A stretch of DNA of 64,000 nt from positions 434,001-498,000 of the forward strand of contig CBFFRQ010000067.1 in NCBI GenBank assembly GCA_965644315.1, written 5' to 3'. A model generated the notes under the pieces. That model was not told the origin of the DNA. It saw only the letters and a program-made list of their open reading frames with translations, and did not search any database. The DNA comes from Caecitellus pseudoparvulus. Its lineage: Eukaryota > Protista > Bigyra: Bicosoecida. A program made the position numbers and the translations under genes. Positions 10,384 to 20,645 of the stretch are shown here, piece by piece (the stretch's first letter is position 1; each line of letters starts with the position of its first letter).

Positions 10384-13137
10384 TCACTCTGCAGCGTCGC
10401 CGTGGTGCATGTCGTGCTGCTGCTCCTGCTGAGTGGTTGCTCCGATGAGGGACATGAGGGTGGCGTCGCCTAGAATGTCAGAGATGCCCTGATCATCGGC
10501 GTACTCCTGCACTGCCGCCGCCATCTCCCCGCCGAAGTCACGGTCAAACTGGTCCGCGACGCCGTGTCGCTTGTGCCGGTCTGCTCCAAACACCCTGTGA
10601 ACAAACACACACAAGCACGGTTGCCACATCATAGCATGCGCCAGCACGAACCCCCTGCAACTCACTTATCCATCCACAGCATGCCGTACTTGCGGGACAG
10701 GTATCGCTCTTGCTTGAAGCCTTTGCAGCCGTCGAACTGCAGAGTCATGGCAAAGTCCCCCCCGGCCACTACCTGCTCCGAGTGCGTGTTGCCCATGTCC
10801 ACTTCGCTCGCCTCCATGGGCTCATCTGTGTTAATGTAGCAGCCGTTGCCCAGCTGCCCGTTGTCGTTCTGCGCAGGTGCGGGGTCAAATGGTTTGCGGC
10901 AATGCGGAGCAAGCAACGACTCTCAGCAGCGAGGCGACGCACATCACCCCAGGCATACACTCGCCCATCTCTCGTGCGTGCGAGTGTAAAGCGGTCGCCG
11001 CACGCTACTTCGTCGATGTCTTGGCCTTGCAGAGCAGGGACAGGCACCAGTCGCGGCGACCAGCCAAAGCCAGGCGTCACGACCTCCCCCACCGCGTCCC
11101 GCAAGGCCTTGCTGCCGTCTGGCAGATGCACTTCCACGCCGCCGGCATTCTTCAGCAGGGTCAAGTCTGGGTGGTCTGGCTTGCATCCGAGGTACCCTCG
11201 CCCGGCGGTGTACACGTGGAATAGCTGTTCGTCGTTGGGCGGCAGCTCTTCCACCCCTGGCTCGGCTGCGTCTCCGCTGCCGGTTGCGACTGGAGCACTG
11301 GGATTGCCCACGACGCCCCCTGCGAAGTGCTGGTCGGTGTACTTGCACACCACCACGAGGTGCTCGCCACTGGTGGCAATGCAGCGCACGAGCGGCCGCT
11401 CCATGAACAGAGTGCGGGGCGAGGGGGCGTCACAGTTGTCGATGAGCCAGGCGGTCTCCTTGCGCCGCTCAGCAAATTCTTCAGGAGTCACGCCCAGCAC
11501 CCCCGTCAGCAACAACACACCATCGTCCACGACAAAGGCAGAGAAGGTGTCGCCTAGCTCCACCTGCTGGATGTGGGAGTACCCCTCCAGCCGTGCGGGG
11601 CGCACCTCATGAAACGTGAGGCCCAGTTGGTCAATGCCGAACCCCAGCTGCCCTGTGCTGTTGGAGCCGCACACCAAGCACTCTCCCTGCGCCGTCTGCA
11701 CAGCTGTCGTGGAGCGCCCTGCCGTCACGAGCGCTGCATGCCGCCCGAAGTCGGGTCCGATGTCCACCATGCGCACGGGCTCGTGCCGGGTCATGACAAT
11801 TTCGCCACTGGTGTCTTCGCCCCTTGCAGCGGCCTTGGTGGCGGCCTCTTCGTCTTCTGGCGTGGGAGGCCCGATGCCCAGCGCCCCCGAGTCACTGCTG
11901 CCCCACGCAAATGCCTCTCCTGTGCTCACCACAGCCACTGTGTGCGTGTGGCCACATGCGACGTGTGTGACTTGGAAGGACTTTAGCCCCTTCACCAGGT
12001 ACGGCCGCATGCTGCGCTTCGCCTTGGGCCCCAGGGCGCACTGCCCTTCCATGTTGCGCCCCCACACGAACAGCTGACTCTCCCCCGTCAACGCAGCGGC
12101 GTGCTTGCTGCCGGCTGCCAGGAACACTGGCGCGTGCAGGCGGCGCAGGGATTCGATTTGGGCTGGGCCAGTCATGCCAGCCGGAGCCAGGCGCCCGATG
12201 CCAGCTTCGCCTTGGTCATTTGAACCCCATGCATACGCCCTGCCCACCATGCTGCGCGCCGCCATAACGATGGCCAGGAAGTCCAAGTTTCCTGAGGCCA
12301 TGCCTTCGGCCAGCTGCTGTCGCAGACGTCGCTGCATCGGCGTGAGCAGGTGTGAAGGCGTGGCGTCGGCGCCGAGCATCCCCCGCGTCTCGTCCCACTT
12401 GTCCTCTTCCCGCCGCCAGGTGAGGTCCTTCTTCCGTGCAATCTCCTCAGACACGCGCTCCTTGGCCTTGCGTGCTGCCACTGCCTCAGGGTTCAGCTCG
12501 TCGATGGCTTCTTGAATGGCGACACGCCAAGCCTCTACCTCCTCGGCGGCATTGGGGGCCACAGAGTACGCTGCGAAAGGGGGGAGGAGGGGCAGAAAGG
12601 GTGCGGTGCAGTGCTGGGCAGCATGTACCCGCGTGCCCGTTCTAAGCTCGCCACGCACCGTAGAAGGTGTACATCTCCAGGACCACTGTGCTCGGCAAGC
12701 GATGAGGGAGTGCACGGGAGCGACACGGCGCCCACGAGGCGCCACGCACCCTCTAACTCGTTTGGGTGGTGCAGAGAACAGACTCGAACTGTAGAAGCCT
12801 TGGTGAGGGGCAGTGCCATGATGGCTTTGCCGCTCTGGCTCTTGGCGTATGTGATCTGCTTGTTGTGCAGCCTGTGCAGGCGCACCACGCCAGAGTGCAC
12901 GTATGACCCCCACGTGCACACCCACCCCCAATGCGCGCCGAGGAAGCGACACAGTGCACTGGTGTGCGGGAGCCATCACTCTCCCGTGGGCCACCGCGCG
13001 CTGTGCACCGCTAGCTCCGGCACAAGCGTGTCGCTGCGTGGCGTCGCGGCGACTCACTTGATCCAGCGCTTCTTCCAGTTCATCTTGCTCGCTGTGCGCA
13101 CAGCCTTCTTCACAAGCCACCCCTCTTTCGTTGCCAT
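10384..13137 (-). CDS. PH-domain + RCC1-repeat protein (6 exons)
   Basis: Exons 13137-13058, 12871-12750, 12685-12659, 12570-10943, 10868-10666 and 10594-10384 join in phase via GT-AG introns. The N-terminus KEGWLVKK..NWKKRW and the later EEVEAWRVAIQEAI form a PH domain. RCC1 motifs: YAWGSNDQGEAG, VACGHTHT, GSNSTGQLG, WGDNDNGQLG. Confidence 0.85.
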
Positions 13138-13842
13138 GTTGTCGGGCGTATGTTGGGTGCGTAGGAGCGACTGCACGGGCCACAAGGCGGAGGGGCGAAG
13201 GCCCTGCTTCAGTCAGCTTCAAGCCTTGCTTGCTGAAAGGTGTGTCGTTGGCGGGATTGCCAGGGCAGAGTTAAGAGCAAGCTGGAAGAGAAGGGTGCTG
13301 GGGAGAATTCAGCAAGGTGGGTGAATTTGCTGCGGTGGCCATCGCTGCCTCCGGTGTCCACTTCGCTTGGGCGCCCTGCGCAGCGTACACTGCTTCACGC
13401 TCGGCACCTTCGATTCGGCGCCCCCGCCTGCCGGCGGACCACAGGGCGCGCCTGCAAGTATCAAGTCCAAGCGCAACTACACCCAGCACCCCAGGCTCAG
13501 CCATTCCCCTCCCTCGTCCCATGTGCAGCTCACATGCCTCTGTTGCAGGGTAAGTCCCCCTCGCCAGCCCAAGTTGCCCCGCCCCGCGGCCACCAAATCG
13601 GTCAAGTGGGCTGAAAGACGTCCACAGACCCACCCAGTCTGGAGCAGCAGCGTATGCATTGCAGGCACACACGCAGAAGGGGGGCGTTTGATTGGGGACA
13701 GGCGGCCCGGCAGGAGCAGCGGGGTGCTGGCAAGGCATCCACGGCAACCCGACAAGGCGCAGGGTGGCGCACGCAGCCACGGGAGATCCCCTGCCCAGTC
13801 CACACAGAGTCCGTGTCGGACACTGGGTTGTTGTCCGCTGCC

Positions 13843-15191
13843 TCAGAAGTCCTCGTCCATGGAGAAGACCTTCTCTGCGGTTTTGCCCTCGGCGCCCACG
13901 CCAGCCTTGGCATACTCGCCCACGCGCTTCTCGAAAAAGTTGGTCTTGCCCTCCACAGAGATCATCTCCATCCAGTTGAAGGGGTTCTTGGCTTCGTACA
14001 CCTTGGGGCAGCCCAGCGCCACCAGCAGGCGGTCAGCGACGAACTCGATGTACTGCACCATGAGCTTGCTGTTCATGCCGATGAGCTCCACGGGCAGGGC
14101 CTCAGTGACAAACTCCTTCTCCGTGTCCACGGCGACGGTGATGATCTCGGTCACGCGCTCCACGGGCAGCTTGTTCTCCAGCATGCTGTACAGCAGGCAG
14201 GCGAAGTCGCAGTGCAGCCCTTCGTCCCGGGAGATGAGCTCGTTGGAGAAGGCGAGCCCCGGCATGAGGGAGCGCTTCTTCAGCCAGAAGATGGCGCAGA
14301 AGGAGCCTGAGAAGAAGATGCCCTCCACGGCGGCGAAGGCCACGACACGCTCAGCGAAGGAGGCCTTGCTGCTATCGGTCCACTTCAACGCCCACTCGGC
14401 CTTCTTGCGCACGCAGGGCACCGTCTCCATGGCGTTGAACAGGCGCATCTTCTCCTCCGTCTCCTTCACATACGTGTCGATGAGGAGGGAGTACACCTCG
14501 GAGTGGATGTTTTCGATGGCGATTTGAAAGCCGTAGAAGCAACGGGCTTCCGGAATCTGCACCTCAGAGGCGAAGTTCTGCGCCAGGTTCTCGTTCACAA
14601 TGCCGTCACTGGCTGCGAAGAAGGCCAACACGTGCTTCAGGAAGTGCTGCTCGCCCTCCGTCATGCGCTCCCAGTCCTGTGCGCGGAAAGGGGGCAGTGG
14701 CGTTGCGTGACCAGCCGCAAGCACTTCAAAGCCACCACACACGCAACGACCCCGGCGCCCCGAGACACTCACCTTGTAGTCATGGGCCAAGTCCAGCTCC
14801 TCAGCCGTCCAGAAACTTGCCTCTGCCTTCTTGTACATGGCCCACACCTGCGGCAACGACGGCGGGCAAGGCTTGTGACACTTGCTACACAATTGCCGCA
14901 GTGCACGAGTGCGTCACTCCACTCGCAAGGCGCGCCCCCCTCTCACGCACCTCGCCGTATTGGGTGGGGAACAGCACGAATCGGCTGGGGTTCTCTGTGA
15001 GCAGGGGCTCTGGCTTCAGCTCCCCGCGCAGCTCTGCCTTCTGTGACGTAGGCGAAGTTGGAGCATCGTGCGATCTCGCGCCGTTGCCACGGCAACACGG
15101 CTTGCCGCACCTTGTACTCGGTCATCTCGGTGTGAGTCTCGGGAACCTCATGAGAGGCCGCCTCCGCAGGGGTTGATGATGCAGATGCCAT
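13843..15191 (-). CDS. RNR2: Ribonucleotide reductase small subunit (class Ia R2), 4 exons
   Basis: Exons 15191-15111, 15040-14951, 14847-14773 and 14676-13843. Motifs [22 protein letters not shown] (radical Tyr), [17 protein letters not shown] and KTNFFEKRV; C-terminal DEDF. Confidence 0.97.
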
Positions 15192-15666
15192 TGTGTCTGC
15201 AATGAGGGGCGCGGTTCGCGAGCTTGTGAGCGTGAAGTGTGGCAGGATTCAAATACCGTTGGCTGGAGGGACACGCCGCACGCACTTGCAGGTTGGACGG
15301 TTCCTAAGCAGGGTTGTCGCACAGGTAGTGGTGTAAATGGTGGAGGAAAGTGCTGTGCAGTATTGCAAATGGGTGTACTATGTGGGGGTGGGAAGTTATT
15401 TGTGCTGAGGTGCGCAGTGTGTGCTCGTGCGGAAATCCAGCACCAGCTGCCAGACAAGCCCGGGCAGCCTCTCTGCCAGTGCAGCGAGCCCAGTGTGGAC
15501 GACGATAGTGTGCTTGCTACATAAAAGTGGCGCAAGTCCGCACCCCTAGCTGTGAGCTGAACCTTTGCTCCGGGAGGTGAGAGGTGCAGCGGGAGGGCAG
15601 GCGCTGGCGCGCGGGTGTGCATTTGAAGGCAGGGCCTGCCGGGGCTGGCATGCCCAATCTGCACGC

Positions 15667-16396
15667 TCAAGCCTGCTTGCTCTTCTTCTTGGGAGCTGCG
15701 GCCACTGTCCCAGGGTGGGCGATCATAAGAGCTGCAAAGGAGCGGGCAGGGCAGCTGCAACGCGATGGAGAGCGACACAGAGCAGGCACCGCAGGCCGCA
15801 CCGCCGCCGAGGATGGTCAAGTTCTTCATGAAGTGAATCAAGGTAGGGATGTCCAGGGTGTCCACGCCTGCGAATGCGGCGGCAAGGGCGGACACGCCGT
15901 GCTCACGCTGCCCATCGCGCCTCGGCAGCGCTTGGTCTTACCGTTCACTGGCTTCAAGGGCCAGTGCATGATGGGGGTGACGCCTGCCAGGAAAAGGATG
16001 ATCATCCACCCGCCGCACCACATGCCGCCGAAAAGGATGGCCAGTGCGCCTGTGCAGCGGGGCGGGAGGTGTCGGGCATCCGTTTGAGCCCCGCTGCCAA
16101 CGCCAGAGCAAGCGTGCGCCGCACCCATCGCTTCCAGGGCACCGGCGGCTGCCACGAGGTAGGGAAGCTGCTCGTCGGGAATCTCAATCCCATGCCAGTT
16201 GCCAGACTTGGCAGCCTGCAAGACGCCAAGGCAGGAGTGGCAGGGGGGAGCAAGGCTTCGCGAAAGGCCGCGGCGACACGTGTGGCATCATTTGCCGCAC
16301 CTCAACACTGCCCTCCAAGTCTTGGAACTTGTTCAGTGCGCTCATGGCAAAGAAGGCCACGAAGCACAGGCGTCCAAGGACGTTGAGCAATGACAT
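15667..16396 (-). CDS. DoxX/SURF4-like small ER membrane protein (5 exons)
   Basis: Exons 16396-16301, 16215-16125, 16049-15942, 15867-15802 and 15731-15667 are all in phase. LGRLCFVAFF, VTPIMH and HFMKNLTILGG match the DoxX/SURF4 pattern. The C-terminus KKKSKQA is a KxKxx ER-retrieval signal. Confidence 0.85.
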
Positions 16397-16598
16397 GATG
16401 GGACGGGGGGGGTGCGGGAAACCTGCGCAAGGAAGCGGTGGACCATGCTGAGCAAGTCTGGCTCTGGGCTGACGTGGCACAGTGCCCGACGCACTGCAGA
16501 CACAAATTCAGGGAAAGGGCGGTGCGAGTCTGTGCATTTGGTGAGTCAAGATTCGGGGTGCAAAAGTTTGCTGCGTGGCAGCGACAGCAGCGAGCTGG

Positions 16599-17587
16599 TC
16601 ACAGCTTGGCTTGGGCTGCTGCGCCCGTGCCGGCCTCCATCGCATCCCACATGACCGCCGTGGCATCGCTCATCCACATGCCGCCATCCACCACCAGCAC
16701 CACGCCCGTGATGTACGATGCCGCGGCACTGGCCAGGAACAGCGCCGCCCAGCCGATGTCTTCCTTCTGCCCCATGCGTTGCGCTGGAATGCGCTTCAGA
16801 AACTGACGCCGTGTGGTGCCGTCCATCCACCCGCCCAGCCTCTCCATGCCCTCAGTCCCCTCGATAGGCCCAGGCGCGATGCAGTTCACCCGCACACCAT
16901 CTGGGCCCCACTCCCGGGCCATGGTGCGTGCCATGCTGTCCACCGCCGCCTTGGCAGCTGCTGCGTGAACTTGCAACGGGTCGCCACGGTACTGCAGCGT
17001 GGCAGAGATGTGCAGGATGCACCAAGGCGCCTGCCCAGGCGCAACTGGGCCCAGAGAGGACCAGTACTTGTGAGCAGCCTTGCTCAGGTTGAACGTGCCG
17101 CCTGCGTCAATGTCCATGACGGTCTTGAACCCGTTGCTGCTCAGCTGGCAGGCAGGAGCGAGAAAATTCCCCGCCGCGCCGTTCACGAGGATGTCCAGGC
17201 GCCCGAACGCCTGCACGGCAGCTGCGACGGCGGCGTCACAGGCAGCGCCATCGCGCACGTCACACACCACGCCGTGACAGGCAGAGCCAGTGGCCTGCGC
17301 CAGGCGCCTGGCTGCCTCCTGCACTCGCTCCAGGCGCCTGGAGCAGATGACGACCTGAGCTCCATGTCGCATGAACACCTCCGCAATGCGGAAGCAAATG
17401 CCACTCCCTCCACCTGCCAGAGGCGGCCCACGGAGCAAGGCAAATGTGAAGAGTGATCAGCACTTGCGATGCGCGGCACGCTCCTGCGCCACGCACCAGA
17501 GACTAGAGCCACTTTCCCCTCCAACGCAGAGGGGGCAAAGACGTTGTCTTTGTACACAGGCAGAGGCACGTCCCTTGTGGCAGCCAT
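16599..17587 (-). CDS. DECR2: Peroxisomal 2,4-dienoyl-CoA reductase (SDR family)
   Basis: Exons 17587-17497 and 17413-16599. Motifs VSGGGSGI, LVNGAAGNF, HISAT, QVHAAAAKAAVD and VRVNCIAPGPI; C-terminal PTS1 AKL. Confidence 0.93.
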
Positions 17588-17746
17588 GCTGGGCAGGCTG
17601 GGACGAAGGAGCCGGGAAGCAATTTCCGCAGTGCTTGTGCAATGACACAAGGACTCCAAATACCCGACCTCTAGAGCTCAAGTGACACAATGCATGCACT
17701 TCACCGGTCAATCTTGATGCTGAAGTTGAATTGACTGGCGTTTGTC

Positions 17747-20395
17747 ATGGAGTTGCCCCTTACACGGCGCGCGGCGTCTAAGCGCGTGTCCAAGATGTCG
17801 GCTGTGCTGCGCACAGCGAGCTCCAACCGTCCCCGCGTCGCAAAGCGGCATGCCGCGACCAGCACACTCGGGCGACGGCTCAGCCGGAGGGCTGTGCTAG
17901 CAGAGTCGCCTCCTGGACGAGTGTCCAGGCACCGTGGGCCCTTGAAGCCGCCCAGGCACTCCTCTCATGCTGGCCGGCGGCGCGCCTCGGAAGGGTCAAC
18001 TTCCGCAAGCAGCCCTGAATCCGCCGCCGAGCAGGCATCCCCCAGCGCTGTGTGCGTGTTGAGCCCGGGGGAGGAAATGTTCTCACCACAGTCGTCGGGG
18101 GACAGCAGTCCCATTGCCACTTCCGTGCCCCACGGCGCCGCTAGCGCCGACCTGAACGTTGCCGTAACGGGCGCTGACACAAGCCCCCCCTGCACGCCGC
18201 GAGGGCAGTCCACCAAGAGCGCCCTCTTGCAGACGCCCAGCACCAACGTCATTCTGGGCTCCATTCCCACGCCCTGCTTGCAACTCGCGCGAGCTAGGTC
18301 TGACGCAGGGCCTGCAGTGGCCCGCGCAGGCTCCCTCGCACACCAGCGCCGCAAGTCGTCAGGAGCAGCACTTTCCCCTGGCGCCTCCCGCGCCATGCGG
18401 CTGCGAGATGCGCGCTGCCGGTCCGCTAGCCGGGCAGGCAGGCACCGTAGCACGTCCTCAGCGCCAACCTCGCAGCTGGCAGACGTCGCGAACAGCGTCA
18501 TGGCGGCGCAGATGGTGGCGCGCGGTGTGCAACGCGCGCACGCTTCGCTGACGCCACGGGGGGGGCAGGGCGCTAGCCCAGCCTTAACGTTTGGCAGCAG
18601 TGCCGATGAGATGAAAGCTGCAGTGCTTAGCATTAAGCAGTTCTCCTCGGAGCAGCTGGTGCGGGCCATGGCGGCGCAGAAGTCACAGCTGCGCCGGGCG
18701 CAAGCCGAAGTGAAGCGCCTGCAGCAAAGCCACACAAGCGAAGGGGAGACGGCACCCACAGTGCCACAGGAGGAGCACGAACAGAAGCTGCAAGCTGTGC
18801 AGGAAGAAGTGCGCAAGCTGCAAGCGGCCAATGCTGAGCTGCGGGCCAGCGTGGCAGCAGGGCAGGCATCTGCCGCCCAGCTGGAAACGGCTCAAACAGA
18901 GGCCGCGTCCCTGCGCAGTGAGCTGCAGCGAGTCAAAGATGACGCCGCCAAGGCTGCAGATGCAGCGTCAACTGCACTGCAAGAGAAGACCTGTCGCCTG
19001 GAAGCCACCAGCCAGCAGTTGGCTGACGTTTCAACACAGCGTGAGGCGCTGGAAGCGCAGGTGGAAGCGCTGCAGGCACAGTTGCACGAGGCTCAAGCCA
19101 CGGCACAGGCGGAAGCAGCCCGCGCCACACGGCTGGAGGAGGAGTTCAACGTCGTGGACGCTGCGCGCAGTGCGCTGCAGGAAGAGGTGTTGGATTTGCG
19201 GGGAGCTGTGCGCGTCATGGTGCGTGTGCGGCCTCGCCTGGGCGGGGAGGTGGGCCGTTGCTCTGTCGGAGGGCGTGGCCGACGCGGCAAGGGCAGCGTC
19301 GTGCCCACAGAGCCCCAGCGCCTGTTTGAGTTCCCACACGCCACTGAAGGAGGCGTGGGGCCAGACGGCACCGCTCAGGTCACCTTCGTGCAGCCAGCCG
19401 GCAGCGTGGCGCGCACAGACAGTGGCGCGTCAGCCGCCCGCAAGTCAGGAGCTGGCAGTGGGCGCACGCCATACTCCTTCAACGCCGTGTTTGCGCCGAC
19501 ACAGAGCAACGGCGACGTGTTCCGGCAAGTCTCCCACATCGTCGCGTCGGCCATGGACGGCCGCCGAGCCTGCATCTTCGCGTACGGGCAGACGGGCAGT
19601 GGCAAGACACACACCATGCTGTCACGGGAAGACGGCGATGAAGGGCTCATTCCCCGTGCCGTGCAGCAGGTCTTCGAGCGTGCAGGCGTGCTGGGCCGCC
19701 GGGGCTGGGACATGGCCATCACTGCGGAGATGCTGGAGGTGTACAACGAGCAGGTGCGGGATTTGCTGTCTGGCATGCCGGGCGGACAGCCCACCGCCAC
19801 CGCGGCACGCCGCACACGCTCCACGGCGGGCGATGCGGCCAAGCTGGACATCTGCCTGGACCCTGAGACGGGTGAGACGTGTGTGCCTGGCCTCACTCGA
19901 GTGCAGGTGGGCAGTTGGGAGGACGTGCACGGAGTGCTGGAGCGAGCAGCCTCTGCCCGGTCCACAGGCGCGACTGCCTCCAATGCCGCTTCCTCCCGCT
20001 CCCACTGCGTCTTCACCCTGCGAGTCACCGCGACACACAGCGAGTCGGGGCAGAACAGGCGCGGCGTGTTGAACCTGGTGGACCTGGCGGGGTCGGAGCG
20101 CCTGGGCAAGAGCGGCGCCACGGGCGAGCGGCTGAAGGAAACGCAGAAGATCAACAAGTCCCTGTCCGCCCTGGGCAGCGTGCTGTCTGCGCTGGGCGCC
20201 GGCGATCGCCACGTGCCTTTCCGCAACAGCAAGCTGACGCACCTGCTGTCGCCGTGTCTGGCCGACACCACCACCTGCCGCACGCTCATGATCGCCACCC
20301 TCAGCCCCACTGCCTCGGATGCGCACGAGTCTCAGTGCACGCTGCGCTTCGCGGCGGGTGTGGCTGCCATCACGGCCCCGCGTGCCAAAAAGTGA
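17747..20395 (+). CDS. Kinesin-14 family (C-terminal motor) protein
   Basis: Basic tail, coiled coil, then a motor domain with FAYGQTGSGKT, SSRSH, DLAGSER and HVPFRNSKLT. Confidence 0.93.
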   Translation: MELPLTRRAASKRVSKMSAVLRTASSNRPRVAKRHAATSTLGRRLSRRAVLAESPPGRVSRHRGPLKPPRHSSHAGRRRASEGSTSASSPESAAEQASPSAVCVLSPGEEMFSPQSSGDSSPIATSVPHGAASADLNVAVTGADTSPPCTPRGQSTKSALLQTPSTNVILGSIPTPCLQLARARSDAGPAVARAGSLAHQRRKSSGAALSPGASRAMRLRDARCRSASRAGRHRSTSSAPTSQLADVANSVMAAQMVARGVQRAHASLTPRGGQGASPALTFGSSADEMKAAVLSIKQFSSEQLVRAMAAQKSQLRRAQAEVKRLQQSHTSEGETAPTVPQEEHEQKLQAVQEEVRKLQAANAELRASVAAGQASAAQLETAQTEAASLRSELQRVKDDAAKAADAASTALQEKTCRLEATSQQLADVSTQREALEAQVEALQAQLHEAQATAQAEAARATRLEEEFNVVDAARSALQEEVLDLRGAVRVMVRVRPRLGGEVGRCSVGGRGRRGKGSVVPTEPQRLFEFPHATEGGVGPDGTAQVTFVQPAGSVARTDSGASAARKSGAGSGRTPYSFNAVFAPTQSNGDVFRQVSHIVASAMDGRRACIFAYGQTGSGKTHTMLSREDGDEGLIPRAVQQVFERAGVLGRRGWDMAITAEMLEVYNEQVRDLLSGMPGGQPTATAARRTRSTAGDAAKLDICLDPETGETCVPGLTRVQVGSWEDVHGVLERAASARSTGATASNAASSRSHCVFTLRVTATHSESGQNRRGVLNLVDLAGSERLGKSGATGERLKETQKINKSLSALGSVLSALGAGDRHVPFRNSKLTHLLSPCLADTTTCRTLMIATLSPTASDAHESQCTLRFAAGVAAITAPRAKK

Positions 20396-20645
20396 GGCAG
20401 GCCAAGCCAGACCCCCCCTCGAACCTTCTGGCACCCACGCGCAGTGCATGCGCGTGGACCCAGAAGATCCTGTACCACAGAAATGCAGTGCAAAAAGATT
20501 GATGGGGATCCCCGGGCTTTTTTGCCTTGCGCACCACGGGTGTCTCGTGCCAGCTGCCAACGGTGCCATGCAGGGTGGTGGCAAGCAGCAACTGCTTTGC
20601 TTTCACGCCAAGGCCCCTGCAGGGAACAGCGCTGGGTGCGTTTCG

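Noticed and set aside
9253-10473. 406-aa + strand ORF and similar long antisense ORFs (e.g. 13367-14527, 56627-58402, 61117-62796)
   Set aside because: These are antisense shadows of recognisable genes, expected at high GC.
13240-13803. Short ORFs between PH-RCC1 and RNR2
   Set aside because: No recognisable protein or consistent splice model. The region is better explained as the RNR2 3' UTR (AATGCA at 13655-13660) plus a promoter.
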